From NCBI GenBank assembly GCA_963721805.1, contig CAVRJY010000001.1, positions 1,152,001 through 1,216,000 on the forward strand: a stretch of 64,000 nucleotides of DNA, written 5' to 3'. Origin of the DNA: Nitrospirota bacterium. GTDB lineage: Bacteria; Nitrospirota; Thermodesulfovibrionia; Thermodesulfovibrionales; JdFR-86. A program made the position numbers and the translations under genes. Of this stretch, positions 22,202-32,261 are shown piece by piece (position 1 is the first letter of the stretch; every line of letters begins with the position of its first letter). The notes under the pieces were generated by a model. The model ran no database searches. It was not told the origin of the DNA and was given only the letters and a program-made list of their open reading frames with translations.

Positions 22202-23958
22202 CACGCCTCCAGGGAGCTTATCATGTCCCCGACCACGCGGAATCCCCCGCGCCAGAACTCGGGGTCGTGCATCGGCACCCCGGCCTCGCTAAGTATATCG
22301 GCCGGGCTCTGCGCGCCGCCATGGCGCAAGATAGTCAGTATCCCCTCTGCCGCCTGCTGGCCCTGCTCCTGATACCGGCGGTATAGCGCGAGCGAGAGCA
22401 GCATCCCGAAGCTGTACGCATAGCAGTAAAACGGCGTGTGGTACATATGCGGGATCGCGAGCCACTCGCTGTGGAAGACCTCATCGACCTCGACCGCGTC
22501 GCCGAACTGGCGCGAGAGCGTTCGGCCGTATAGCGCGCTCAGCTCTTCTATCGTTGCGCCCTCCGAGACCGCCTTATGGGCCTCGGTCTCGAATATAGTG
22601 AAGTAAGCCTGGCGCAGCACCGTGGCGTAGACGTTATCGACTGTCTCGGCGATGATGTCGCGCCGGGCCCCGGGGTCGGTCTCGGCCTTAAGGAGCGCGT
22701 CCGTCAGCAGCATCTCGCTGAAAACCGATGCGGTCTCGGCCAGCGGGAGCGGGGCGTTGTACGTCAGCAGCGAATGCCCGGAGGCCAGCATCGCGTGCAC
22801 CGCATGGCCGAGCTCGTGCGCGAGCGTCGCGACCTGCCGGGGCTCGCCGGTGTAGTTGACCAGCACCCATGGGGTGAGCGAGGGGAGCACGCCGTAGCAA
22901 AACGCGCCGCCGCGTTTTCTGGCGCGGGGCTCCGAGTCGATGTGGCGCGCGTCGAAGACGCGCCGGGCGAGCTCCGAGGCCTCGGGCGAGAACTTCCCGA
23001 GGCACTGAAGCACCATCTCCACGGCCTCGCCATACGGGATGCGGCGCTCCTGCTTCTTGCGTATCGGGGCGTAGAGGTCGAACCGCCTGAGTTTAGGAGA
23101 CCCCAGCCATCCGGCCTTCATCCTGAAGTAGCGGTGGAATACCGGGGCCTCCTGCTCGCAGACCTCCAGAAGCGTGCTTATCACTGCATCCGGGATGTCG
23201 TTTGAGAGGTTGCGCACCGCTATGGGCGATCTGAATTTCCTGAGCGTCATGTTCTCGCTCGCCCAGTCCATAGCGGTGTGGACGTATATCTGCCCGAGCA
23301 CCGCGCTGTCTTCGGCATAGGGCTTGAACTGCTCGCGGTACGCGGCCTCGCGGACGCTGGCCTCGGGGTGGCGGACGTATGCCATCAGGGCGTCGCGCGT
23401 AAGCTCAAGCTGCTTGCCCTCGAGCTCTATATGGTATTTGTATTTGTTCGTGAGCATGTCGTATATGCGGGTTATCGCGTTCGGGCCGTGGAGGTTCTTA
23501 AGCGCTATGATGCGCTCCTCCGGCTCGGTGAGCGTATGGTCCTTAAACAACCGCTCCTGGTAAAGGTAATAGGCGTTATCCCCGGTGCCGGACATCAGCC
23601 TCTGAGCTGCTTCCTCAGGAAGCGACTTCCACCAGAGCGTCAGGAACAGGACGCGGTTGCTTGCGTCCGCAAGCGCCTGCTCGGACCGCGAGACGAACGA
23701 GAGCGCGGTGGTGTTTAGCGTGTCCTCCGAAAACCAGAGCTGCCCGTATGCGCCTATGCGTGTCGCTGTCTCGGCGAACTCCACGAGCGCCCGCATTACG
23801 GCCGAGAACGCCTCGGCCGTTATATCGGGTGAGAGTGTCGGACGCAAGGCCTCTATCGCGGCGGTTGCGGCTTCCAGCTTGGAGTATGCATCTGCGATGG
23901 CCTGCGGATTGTCGGGCGGGAAAAGGTCAGTAAGATTCCATTTTTGCGGCTCCATCAA
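22201..23958 (-). CDS. pepF: M3B oligoendopeptidase F
   Basis: TLAHELGHAVH zinc motif, LAETASVFSE, W..IPH.Y..PFYCYAY. Confidence 0.92.
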   Translation of the reverse strand: MMEPQKWNLTDLFPPDNPQAIADAYSKLEAATAAIEALRPTLSPDITAEAFSAVMRALVEFAETATRIGAYGQLWFSEDTLNTTALSFVSRSEQALADASNRVLFLTLWWKSLPEEAAQRLMSGTGDNAYYLYQERLFKDHTLTEPEERIIALKNLHGPNAITRIYDMLTNKYKYHIELEGKQLELTRDALMAYVRHPEASVREAAYREQFKPYAEDSAVLGQIYVHTAMDWASENMTLRKFRSPIAVRNLSNDIPDAVISTLLEVCEQEAPVFHRYFRMKAGWLGSPKLRRFDLYAPIRKKQERRIPYGEAVEMVLQCLGKFSPEASELARRVFDARHIDSEPRARKRGGAFCYGVLPSLTPWVLVNYTGEPRQVATLAHELGHAVHAMLASGHSLLTYNAPLPLAETASVFSEMLLTDALLKAETDPGARRDIIAETVDNVYATVLRQAYFTIFETEAHKAVSEGATIEELSALYGRTLSRQFGDAVEVDEVFHSEWLAIPHMYHTPFYCYAYSFGMLLSLALYRRYQEQGQQAAEGILTILRHGGAQSPADILSEAGVPMHDPEFWRGGFRVVGDMISSLEA

Positions 23959-25070
23959 TGCCTCCTCAGGCTCAGGCCCCGCGCAATGCGCGCGATGCCG
24001 GGCGTATGGCGTTTGATCGCCCTGTGCGGGCAGATCTCAAGACAGCAATAACAGCGGATGCACTTCTCGTAATCGAACTGCAGGCCGCTGCCGGTGTTGG
24101 TGATGGCCTTCGCCGGGCAGATATTTATGCACTCGCCGCAGAGCTTGCATATGGACGGGACGCTGCGCGGCCTCACGGTGATGTGCCGCCGCATGAATCC
24201 GTGCGCAAAGCGGGGGCCGAAGAGCAGGTCCTTCGTGTCCGGCCTTACGAATCCCTTGACGTGCGGAAGGCTGCCGGATACCGCGCAGTCAAGCGGCATG
24301 CCCAACCGCTCTGCGGCCCGGTTCGTAAGCAGCTCGCGCGGCTCAATACCGAGCATCCGGCATACCGCGACGTCGATAGAGAGAGCTTCGTTGCTCCCCA
24401 TCAGGGCGCCCAGGTGGCGCGGCGTGCCCCCCGCGCCCGGGCCGTCGCCCTCGAGGCAGAGGATGCCGTCCATAAGGTTTATTGCCGGGTTCACGGTCTT
24501 ATATATCGTGGCCAGAAGCTCCGCGAAGAGCTCGCGGTTCTCTCCGATGCGGAAGTGCCACTCCGGCTTGCGCATCCCGACTACGCAGCCGAAGAGGTTC
24601 TTCACCGCGAGCGTCAGGCCCATCTGGCCATGCGCCTTGAGCTTCGGCAGGTTGATCACCAGATCGGCGTCGAGCACGTCTCCGGAGAGTTCGAGCGTCG
24701 CCCACTTGCCTTCGAGCGCAACCGGCCTCGACGGCCCGAGCTCACGTAGATCGACATCCAGCCCCTCGAGCGCGTGGAATACGCCAGTCTTGCGCATGAT
24801 GCGCTCAAACGAGCAGATCGGAGGGCTGTCGGAAACCTGCACCAGAGCCCCGCGCCCGAGAGTATATTCCACTGCGGCGCGTATGACGAGCGGGTGCGTC
24901 GTGACCGCCTGCTCGGGGGTCGTCGCGGCGAGGAAATTGGGCTTTATAAGCACATGCATGCCCCTCTCGATCCTGCCCTGGTCGAGCCGCACCATGATAG
25001 AGAAGACCTCGGCCCTGAGCTGGTCGTAGTCGTATGAGGACGCTGTAACGATGACTTCCGGCATCATCAT
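23955..25070 (-). CDS. DUF362 protein with C-terminal 2x[4Fe-4S] ferredoxin domain
   Basis: VLIKPN, TTHP, NLPKLKAH, AVKNLFG; CKLCGECINICP and CIRCYCCLEICP. Confidence 0.88.
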   Translation of the reverse strand: MMMPEVIVTASSYDYDQLRAEVFSIMVRLDQGRIERGMHVLIKPNFLAATTPEQAVTTHPLVIRAAVEYTLGRGALVQVSDSPPICSFERIMRKTGVFHALEGLDVDLRELGPSRPVALEGKWATLELSGDVLDADLVINLPKLKAHGQMGLTLAVKNLFGCVVGMRKPEWHFRIGENRELFAELLATIYKTVNPAINLMDGILCLEGDGPGAGGTPRHLGALMGSNEALSIDVAVCRMLGIEPRELLTNRAAERLGMPLDCAVSGSLPHVKGFVRPDTKDLLFGPRFAHGFMRRHITVRPRSVPSICKLCGECINICPAKAITNTGSGLQFDYEKCIRCYCCLEICPHRAIKRHTPGIARIARGLSLRRH

Positions 25071-25099
25071 ATTTTACAGTATGGCGCGGCATTCGTGAA
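25071..25099 (-). promoter_or_regulatory. Sigma70-like promoter TTCACG-17-TAAAAT just upstream of the DUF362 gene
   Basis: 17-nt spacer; the third in-frame ATG (25064) lies 6 nt downstream of the -10. Confidence 0.45.
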
Positions 25100-25139
25100 A
25101 TCATTATAATAATCAAATGAGGTTCAGGTTAATATCCAG

Positions 25140-25715
25140 ATGAAGGTCACGGCCGGCGCAATGAAGGGCAAAAGAATATCCGCGGCTGGCGTGGGCGGCG
25201 CATCGGAGTTCGGCGCGCTTCGGGCCACCGGGGCGAAGGTCCGCGAGGCGATATTCAATATCCTCGGCCCGATGATCGAGGGCGCGCGGTTTCTGGACCT
25301 CTACGCCGGCACCGGCGCGGTCGGCATGGAGGCGATGAGCCGGGGCGTGAGCCAGGTCGTCTTTGTCGAGGCCGACCCGGCCAGGGCCAAGCGCCTCCAA
25401 ACGCTCCTGTGCGACTGCGGCTGCAGGCTCAAGTCCGTGATCGTAAACCGCAGGGCCTCGGAGTACGTCATCGACGCTGCCGCGAAGGGCGCCAGATTCG
25501 ACGTCATATTCATCGACCCTCCATACCATACCGGCGAGCTTTCCACTGTACTGATGGCGATGGCGTCCTCCGACATCCTGTCCCCGGACGGCGTGCTTCT
25601 GGTCGAGCACATAAAGAAGGCCGCGCTCCCGGACGAGCTCGGCAGCCTCCGCAAGCGCAAGTCATACAAATACGGCGACACGATGCTTACACAGTACAGG
25701 AGGCTATCGGAGTGA
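25140..25715 (+). CDS. rsmD: 16S rRNA m2G966 methyltransferase
   Basis: VREAIFNIL, FLDLYAGTGAVGMEAMSRG, FIDPPY, YGDT. Confidence 0.93.
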   Translation: MKVTAGAMKGKRISAAGVGGASEFGALRATGAKVREAIFNILGPMIEGARFLDLYAGTGAVGMEAMSRGVSQVVFVEADPARAKRLQTLLCDCGCRLKSVIVNRRASEYVIDAAAKGARFDVIFIDPPYHTGELSTVLMAMASSDILSPDGVLLVEHIKKAALPDELGSLRKRKSYKYGDTMLTQYRRLSE

Positions 25716-26194
25716 AAAAGACCGCCGTATACCCGGGGAGCTTCGACCCGCTCACGAACGGACATCTGGACCTGGTGAAGCGGGGCCTCAGGATATTCGA
25801 CGAGATAGTGATAGCGGTGGCCGTCAGCTCGCGCAAGGGGACGCTCTTCACGCTGGAGGAGCGCATCGCGCTGCTTAAAGAGGCGGTCTCTGAGTATCAA
25901 AACGTATCGGTCGAGTCATTCGACACGCTGCTTGTCGATTATGTCAAAAAGAAGGACGCGGTAGCTATTATCAGGGGCCTGCGTGCGGTCTCGGACTTCG
26001 AGTACGAGATGCAGATGGCGCTCATGAACCGCAAGATGGAGCACAACGTCGAGACCGTATTCATGATGCCGTCGCTTAGGTACATCTTCCTCTCATCGAC
26101 CATAGTCAAGGAGGCCGCCTCGTTCGGCGGCGCGGTCGAGGGGCTCGTGCCCGAGCACGTAGCGGCCGCGCTCAAGTCCAAGTTCACGGGATGA
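25712..26194 (+). CDS. coaD: Pantetheine-phosphate adenylyltransferase
   Basis: YPGSFDPLTNGH, IRGLRAVSDFEYE, SSTIVKE. Confidence 0.97.
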   Translation: MKKTAVYPGSFDPLTNGHLDLVKRGLRIFDEIVIAVAVSSRKGTLFTLEERIALLKEAVSEYQNVSVESFDTLLVDYVKKKDAVAIIRGLRAVSDFEYEMQMALMNRKMEHNVETVFMMPSLRYIFLSSTIVKEAASFGGAVEGLVPEHVAAALKSKFTG

Positions 26195-27844
26195 TCATCT
26201 CCGTCTAACCGCGCCGTTGCCATCGTTCGTGCGGCCCTCCGCGGCATAGACCTCCGCCAGCAGCCGTCTCGGCCTCGGGTCAGCGGGGTCCTGGGCGATC
26301 AGCCCCTGCGCGGTCGCCTCCAAGGCGCCCCAGAGCGCCCCCTTGTCGAGCCCCGCGAGCGCGGGCGCGGCATCCACTCTCACGAAGACGAGCGCGACGC
26401 CGTCCTGGTAACTGAGCTTCCATGAGGGGTCCTTAAGGAGCTTGAAGACCAGCCCCGGCACGTTTAGGGTATTGGGGTCGAAGGGATGGATCATGACAGT
26501 GGCGATCCCCCATCTTTTAAATACCTCGTCTTGGTCCCCCATGTATGCGCGTGAGTATTCGTTCAGCACGCCCGCATCGAGCGCGCGGCCGTCGATGAAG
26601 TCCTGCTGCGCGGGATAGAGCCCCCACGTGACGATGTCGCCCCACTCATACGGGTGAAAGATCCGGGGCGGAAGGCCGCGATTTTTGATATACGCGATCG
26701 CGCCCGCCGGGATGCTGGCCCTCGCCGGGCCGCCGACGGCCAGCGCGTTATAGGGATACAGAATTGTGCCGAGCACCGCCATCAGCGCGCCGAGCGCCGC
26801 AATCTGGAGGCCGGGCATGCGGCCCTTGAGCCCCCCGCAGCAGACCGCAAGCTGCCTTGCGCATATGACCGTGGCCACGAGAAAAAACAGGATGCAGAAC
26901 CTGAAATGGGCGTAGCCCTCATACCCGAAGCCAGCAAGCAGCATGGCGTGCGCCGGGTCGACCCTGCGCCACGTAAGGAGCACGGCCGCCGCGACGGCCG
27001 CCCCGAACCCGAGCACGACGTACGGGAGCGAGGGAGAGGCTTCATAAGCCGCGTACTGCCAAAGCGGCAGGTACTCGTTGATCGTCTGCACGGTCGAGCT
27101 GCGCATCTCGGCCGCGTTTACGGCGAGGGCCTCGAACCCGGCCGGGTTTATGCCGGCCGAGAGCATCATCACGGCGCAGAGCGCCAGGAAGCGCAGCAGC
27201 AGTCCGCTGGCCAGCGGCTCGCGCCTGAGGGCGGCCCTCCCAAGCTCGGCCAGCGCATATACGGCGATGACCGCGTGACCCAGCATATAGCCCCGGTGCA
27301 CGTTGGCCCAGATTACCATCAGCGCCGGCCCGGCCGCGAGCAGCCACCAGGACAGCATCTTTCCTGCGCGCAGCCTGGCCGTAACAGCATCCATGTACCC
27401 TACGATCGCGACGACGAGCGTGAAGGAGATGAGCTGCGGTCTGAGGTCGTCATAGAAGCGGAGCAGATAGACCGAGGGCAGGGTGATGATGAGCGCGGCC
27501 ACGGGGTCGAGACCCTCGTGCACTGCAAGCCGCCAGGCCGCGAATATCCCAAACGCAAGCAGCGCGGCCTTAAGCGCGACCAGCCCATAGAGCCCCGCAG
27601 CGGCGTATGCGGCGTAGATGATGACCTGCGCGAGCCAGAAACCCTTCAGCACGACGTCGGTCCTGATGTTTGGAGCAATTTGCGCTGAGGTATATGAAAA
27701 CGGGTCCTGCTGCGGCAGGGCGTGGTGCTCAGCAATCCATTTGCCGGTGCCCAAGTGCCACCATAAGTCCCCGGTCCCGAGCGGGGTCAGGAAGGCCAGC
27801 AATACGAACGCGAAGAATATAACCGGTATGACCAGTCGCCTCAT
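26195..27844 (-). CDS. Polytopic membrane protein with DLWWHL motif (possible GT-C-type glycosyltransferase/ligase)
   Basis: Many TM helices, GDLWWHL..G, RPQ, WANVHRG, FIDGR motifs; 3 nt downstream of the acyl-CoA ligase gene. Confidence 0.6.
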   Translation of the reverse strand: MRRLVIPVIFFAFVLLAFLTPLGTGDLWWHLGTGKWIAEHHALPQQDPFSYTSAQIAPNIRTDVVLKGFWLAQVIIYAAYAAAGLYGLVALKAALLAFGIFAAWRLAVHEGLDPVAALIITLPSVYLLRFYDDLRPQLISFTLVVAIVGYMDAVTARLRAGKMLSWWLLAAGPALMVIWANVHRGYMLGHAVIAVYALAELGRAALRREPLASGLLLRFLALCAVMMLSAGINPAGFEALAVNAAEMRSSTVQTINEYLPLWQYAAYEASPSLPYVVLGFGAAVAAAVLLTWRRVDPAHAMLLAGFGYEGYAHFRFCILFFLVATVICARQLAVCCGGLKGRMPGLQIAALGALMAVLGTILYPYNALAVGGPARASIPAGAIAYIKNRGLPPRIFHPYEWGDIVTWGLYPAQQDFIDGRALDAGVLNEYSRAYMGDQDEVFKRWGIATVMIHPFDPNTLNVPGLVFKLLKDPSWKLSYQDGVALVFVRVDAAPALAGLDKGALWGALEATAQGLIAQDPADPRPRRLLAEVYAAEGRTNDGNGAVRRR

Positions 27845-27847
27845 AGT

Positions 27848-29263
27848 CTACCTCCTCAACTTTCCGCTCGCGGTGCGGGGCAGGGCGGACACTATCTCGA
27901 TGGCCTTCGGGACCTCGTACGACGCGAGCATGCGATAGCAGTAACGGCGTATCCCGTCGGCAGCCGTATCCGGGTCGGCCCCTTCGCGCAGGACGACCCT
28001 CGCTGCCGGGAGCTGCCCGTAATGCGGATGGGGCTCGGCGTAAACGATTGATTCCAGCACGAGCGGGTGGCGGTTTAGGACATCCTCGACCTCCGCGGCG
28101 AAGACCTTCATCCCGGCGAAGTTGATCACGTCCTTGGTCCTCCCGACGATGAAGAGAAACCCGTCGCGGTCGATCCGCCCTATGTCGCCGGTGCGGAACC
28201 AGCCGTCCTTCAATATCTCACTCCGCGTCCTGAAGGGTGAGTAATAGGCGTCCAGCATGCCGGGGCCGCGCAGCCATATCTCCCCCGCTCCGGTCTCGTC
28301 CGGTGCCTCTATGCGCAGTTCGTAGTCCGGCAGCGTGCGGCCGACGGACCCGGGCGGGTTGCCCGGAAATCTGATAAACGGGAGCCCAACCTCTATGATG
28401 CCGTAGGCCTCGCTGAGTTCCATGCCGAACTTGACCCTGAACGCCCCGGCCAGCTCGTCCGGGAGCTTCATCGCGGTCGATACCGCGAGCCTCACTCCGC
28501 TGAGCGCATCGCGGGGGACGAACCCGGCGCTTGTGAGCATGCGGTAGTGAAACGGCGAGGCATAGATAAGCGTGCCGCGCCGCGACGTGACGGCCTCTAG
28601 CATCGAGTCCGGGAAGCGTCTAGTGGAGCATACCAGTATCGTCGCGCCCTTGCGCAGAAAAAGCAGTATCGTCACGACGAAGTGAAAGCTCATCGAGAGC
28701 ACCCAGACTATCCTGTCACTGGGTGTGATCATAAGACCCCGCTGGGCCGCGTCCGTGCGCTCGTGGATCGCTCGGTGAGAGAGCACCACGCCCTTGCTCG
28801 ACCCGGTGGTGCCGGAGCTGAAGCGTATGAACGCGGGGTCGAGGCCGCAAAACCCCTCGGGAGGGGCGGCTGCGGCGCGCCGCTCGATGATAAAACCTGC
28901 CAGACCGTCCGCATCAAGAGGCGCTGCGGCGGGGTATAGGGTGCTATTGGAGATCACGAACTCCACGCCGATCTTCTCGATGATCTCGTCCGTCTCGGCC
29001 TCGCTCTGCTCCGGCGCTATCGGGACGATCACGGCGGAGAGCGAGAGCACCGCGAGGCTGCATGCGATATACTCGACCCCGTCGTCGCACTTAAGCGCGA
29101 CGCGGTGGCATGGGAGCACGCCGTGGCCCGCGAGAGATAAGGCTATGCGCTCCGAAAGCGCGATGAGCTCTGAATACGTCACCTCGCGGCCCCCGTCGGC
29201 TACCGCGATATTCCCGGCATATGGCGCGGACTCTGCCTTTATCGTCTCGAATATGTTTTGCAT
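27848..29263 (-). CDS. AMP-binding acyl-CoA/acyl-ACP ligase
   Basis: FSSGTTGSSKG, EAYGIIE, GWFRTGDIG, PRTASGK. Confidence 0.9.
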   Translation of the reverse strand: MQNIFETIKAESAPYAGNIAVADGGREVTYSELIALSERIALSLAGHGVLPCHRVALKCDDGVEYIACSLAVLSLSAVIVPIAPEQSEAETDEIIEKIGVEFVISNSTLYPAAAPLDADGLAGFIIERRAAAAPPEGFCGLDPAFIRFSSGTTGSSKGVVLSHRAIHERTDAAQRGLMITPSDRIVWVLSMSFHFVVTILLFLRKGATILVCSTRRFPDSMLEAVTSRRGTLIYASPFHYRMLTSAGFVPRDALSGVRLAVSTAMKLPDELAGAFRVKFGMELSEAYGIIEVGLPFIRFPGNPPGSVGRTLPDYELRIEAPDETGAGEIWLRGPGMLDAYYSPFRTRSEILKDGWFRTGDIGRIDRDGFLFIVGRTKDVINFAGMKVFAAEVEDVLNRHPLVLESIVYAEPHPHYGQLPAARVVLREGADPDTAADGIRRYCYRMLASYEVPKAIEIVSALPRTASGKLRR

Positions 29264-29264
29264 G

Positions 29265-30389
29265 CTATCTGAGCCTGGCCGCCGCTATGCCTGCCTGCTC
29301 GCCGATGCTGAGGCATGCGCCCATGACGCGCGTCGAACCGAGGGCCTCATGCGTGGCCGAGATGCACCGCCCTGCCATGAACAGGTTTGTTATCCCCTTG
29401 GCCTTCATGCACCCAGGCGGTATCTCGTAATAATCGCCGGGCGGAGGATACCGAAGCACGGTCGGCCTACCGAGCCGCCAGAGCTCTATCGGCCACGCGT
29501 TTTTCACGGCGCCGTCGTCGAACTTTCGGGCTGAGAGTATGTCTTGTTCGGTCAGGACGTACTCGCCCTCGATCCTCCGGGTTTCCCGGACCCCAAGCAT
29601 TACTTTTTCTATCGCGCTTCGGCCGAACTCCGGCAGCCCCTCGCGTATCGCGGCGAACAGCAGCCCTGCGTCCCGCGCCGCGTCCTTTGCGGAAGCGTCA
29701 TTCTCTATGCTGAACTTGAGGTACCCAACAGATCCCGAGGCCGTGAACTGCGCGTATCTGAGCCGCTCCGGGAGCGTGCCGTGCACCGTGGCGCGGCTTA
29801 CGAGAAACGATACCCTTAGAGGCAGCATCTCGTCGGATACGGCGATGCCGTTTATCCGCACGATGCAGCCGGAGGGCTGACGCACGGCCGAGGGCAATAT
29901 CCCGGCCCCTGCCAGCGCGGCAAGCGAGCCGTCCCCTGTGCAGTCTATCGCGGCAAGGGCTGTTATCTCTCCGGCGTTAGTGACGACCTTCGTTATGCTT
30001 GCGCCCTCGCGCCCGGCCCTGACCGCCTCGGTATCGAACCGGATCTCTAGTCTCCCGGCCTCGGCCCGGCATAGTCCCGTAAGCACCTCGATGAGCTGTC
30101 CGGCCTCGTAAGGCAGGACGTATACAGAGCCAACCTTCAGCGGTCTCGAGGCAGGCGAGAGCCGCATCAGCGCTGCCGCGACCTCCCGGCTGATCCCGTC
30201 ATTGAGAGTCGCGCGGTCTGCTTCCTCGCCCGTGCCGTACAGGCCGCATATCTGATGGAGCATGCCCCCTATGCCGCCGAGCCTCGCGGTGCGCTCGACC
30301 AGGACGGTCGACGCACCGCTACGCGCCGAGGCAACCGCCGCCGCCACGCCCGCCACGCCGCCTCCGGCCACCAGCACGTCGCACCTCAT
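29265..30389 (-). CDS. FAD-dependent oxidoreductase (FAD_oxidored family)
   Basis: DVLVAGGGVAG, IDCTGDG, GVRETRRIEG, AGRCIS, RVMGAC..GEQAG. Confidence 0.88.
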   Translation of the reverse strand: MRCDVLVAGGGVAGVAAAVASARSGASTVLVERTARLGGIGGMLHQICGLYGTGEEADRATLNDGISREVAAALMRLSPASRPLKVGSVYVLPYEAGQLIEVLTGLCRAEAGRLEIRFDTEAVRAGREGASITKVVTNAGEITALAAIDCTGDGSLAALAGAGILPSAVRQPSGCIVRINGIAVSDEMLPLRVSFLVSRATVHGTLPERLRYAQFTASGSVGYLKFSIENDASAKDAARDAGLLFAAIREGLPEFGRSAIEKVMLGVRETRRIEGEYVLTEQDILSARKFDDGAVKNAWPIELWRLGRPTVLRYPPPGDYYEIPPGCMKAKGITNLFMAGRCISATHEALGSTRVMGACLSIGEQAGIAAARLR

Positions 30390-31684
30390 CGCGGCTGCCC
30401 CAGTCCCGCTAGGACCGTCGCCTCTATCCCGGCAGCCTCCTGCTCCGTGATCAGGCCCTCGAGCCACGAAAGCGTGAGGTGCAGCCTCTGGCCGAAGCGC
30501 GTGAAAAAAAGCCCGAGCCCCGGAGGGGAAGGGACGCGCGGCATATGGAAGCAGTCCTTAATCTCGTGCCCCATGAACCGCTCTCCGAGGTATGCGCTCC
30601 TGCCGATATACGAGAAGCAGAACGAGGCGAGCGTACCTTTGAAAGGCAGGTTCAGCGCGGCGCTCAGGGCCGGCAGCGGTGCTATGCGCATGAGGTGGCT
30701 CGCTTCGGCTATGTCGCGAAGCGTGCCGTCCTTAACGTGCTCGAACATCTGGGCCTTGAGCGAGCCTATAAGCCTCGCGCGGTCCGCGAGCTCATCGGGC
30801 CCTATCTTGAAAAACAGGTAAGTTACATAGTTAAAGAAGAGTTCTTTCCTTATGTCCTCGGCCGAGCGCGCATCGACAGTGACAGGCACCAGGTAGTTGG
30901 GCGAGGCGATCCCGCGCGACTTAAATACCCTGTCCACGGCCGGGACGACAGAGGCCAGCAGATACGGCATCTCAAAGAGGTATCCGGCCTCCTCCGAGGC
31001 CATTTTAAGGATGGCCGCGCTCTGTGCGGCATCAAACCCGAGCACTCGATACCTGAATCCGGGCCGGGCCGCGGCTGGCATCGGCAGGCACCGGGGCATA
31101 GGCCTTCCTAGCGCGATCAGCTTGCGGTTGATATTGCGGCCGGCCAAAAACTTCCGGCTCCAGCCGTCTAAGAGCGCGTCCTGAGTGAGGTTCACTCCTT
31201 GCGGCGCGGTGCCGCTTTGGTACAGATCGTTAATCAGCCAGAGGAAGGCCTCGGCCCCGCGCGCGTCAAACAGGCGGTGGTCGAAGGTGATCGCGAAGTG
31301 GCTGGTACCTTCTCGAGCCCGGATATAATGGTACGCCAGGTGGGTGTTTTCGTCCCTGAAGCCGCGGTTCGCGGCTGCCTCGAGGAGCGGCATCGGATCG
31401 CCGTCGTGCACGCTGAGGTCTGCCTTGCCGGATTTGCGCGGCATGCGCCAGTACGGGCAGAGGTTGAAATCGCGGCTGACGCGTCCGCTTAAGACCGGCA
31501 GCGCTTCGTGCATGCGGTCAAGCACGTCTCGCAGCGCGTGCTCGTCTATCTGGCCATTGAGCCTGAATACTATCTGCGAGGAGTTGCCGGAGCAGGTCGT
31601 GCGCTTCATCGCATAGTCCAGCATCGAGACGACCCAGTCGGGGCCCGTCAAGTAGCGCTTTCGCTTGGCTGACGGGACGCGCAT
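30386..31684 (-). CDS. CoA/ACP-dependent acyltransferase of the condensation-domain/CAT fold
   Basis: HxxxD motif in FDHRLFDARG; LPVLSGRV and PVTVDAR segments typical of the fold. Confidence 0.65.
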   Translation of the reverse strand: MRVPSAKRKRYLTGPDWVVSMLDYAMKRTTCSGNSSQIVFRLNGQIDEHALRDVLDRMHEALPVLSGRVSRDFNLCPYWRMPRKSGKADLSVHDGDPMPLLEAAANRGFRDENTHLAYHYIRAREGTSHFAITFDHRLFDARGAEAFLWLINDLYQSGTAPQGVNLTQDALLDGWSRKFLAGRNINRKLIALGRPMPRCLPMPAAARPGFRYRVLGFDAAQSAAILKMASEEAGYLFEMPYLLASVVPAVDRVFKSRGIASPNYLVPVTVDARSAEDIRKELFFNYVTYLFFKIGPDELADRARLIGSLKAQMFEHVKDGTLRDIAEASHLMRIAPLPALSAALNLPFKGTLASFCFSYIGRSAYLGERFMGHEIKDCFHMPRVPSPPGLGLFFTRFGQRLHLTLSWLEGLITEQEAAGIEATVLAGLGQPR

Positions 31685-31691
31685 CGCGCCT

Positions 31692-31943
31692 CTAAACGCG
31701 CTGCTTTGCGCTTATGAACGCGGCAAGCGAGCGGATCGAGGAGAAGTCCTCCTTGCTGAGGTTGTGCTCGATCAGGCGCAGGCCGAAGTCTTTCTCGATA
31801 GAGACGATCACCTCGACGAGCCCCAGAGAATCGATGCCGAGCGTGTGCAGCGGGGCCTCGGCCGGGATCGCGGCAGCCTCGAGCCCGGTGATCGACGAGA
31901 CCGTGCCGGTCAGCCGTTTTTCTATCTCAGCGATATCCGCCAC
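31692..31943 (-). CDS. Acyl carrier protein
   Basis: LGIDSLGLVE phosphopantetheine site. Confidence 0.9.
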   Translation of the reverse strand: MADIAEIEKRLTGTVSSITGLEAAAIPAEAPLHTLGIDSLGLVEVIVSIEKDFGLRLIEHNLSKEDFSSIRSLAAFISAKQRV

Positions 31944-31955
31944 AGAAGCCGGTGC

Positions 31956-32243
31956 TCAGCCCTTGCCGCTGGTGTTGTCGTAGATGAAGTTGGCAAGCGT
32001 GTCTATAGAGTAAAACAGCTCCTTGCCCTGCTCCATGTCCTTTACTTCCACGCCGAAATTGCGTTGCAGGAGCACGACGATCTCGACCGCGTCGAGGGAG
32101 TCGAGGCCGAGCCCGGCGCCGAAGAGCACCTCGTCGTCCTTTATCTCCTCGGGCTTGATGTCATCGAGCGAGAGTTCGTCGACGAGCATCGACTTGAGCT
32201 TCTTCCTTATCCCGGCCAGCGCCTCTTCCTTTGTATTGTCCAT
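31956..32243 (-). CDS. Acyl carrier protein
   Basis: LFGAGLGLDSLDAVE, the APE-cluster ACP style. Confidence 0.92.
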   Translation of the reverse strand: MDNTKEEALAGIRKKLKSMLVDELSLDDIKPEEIKDDEVLFGAGLGLDSLDAVEIVVLLQRNFGVEVKDMEQGKELFYSIDTLANFIYDNTSGKG

Positions 32244-32261
32244 CGCGTGCTCCTCTGCTGG

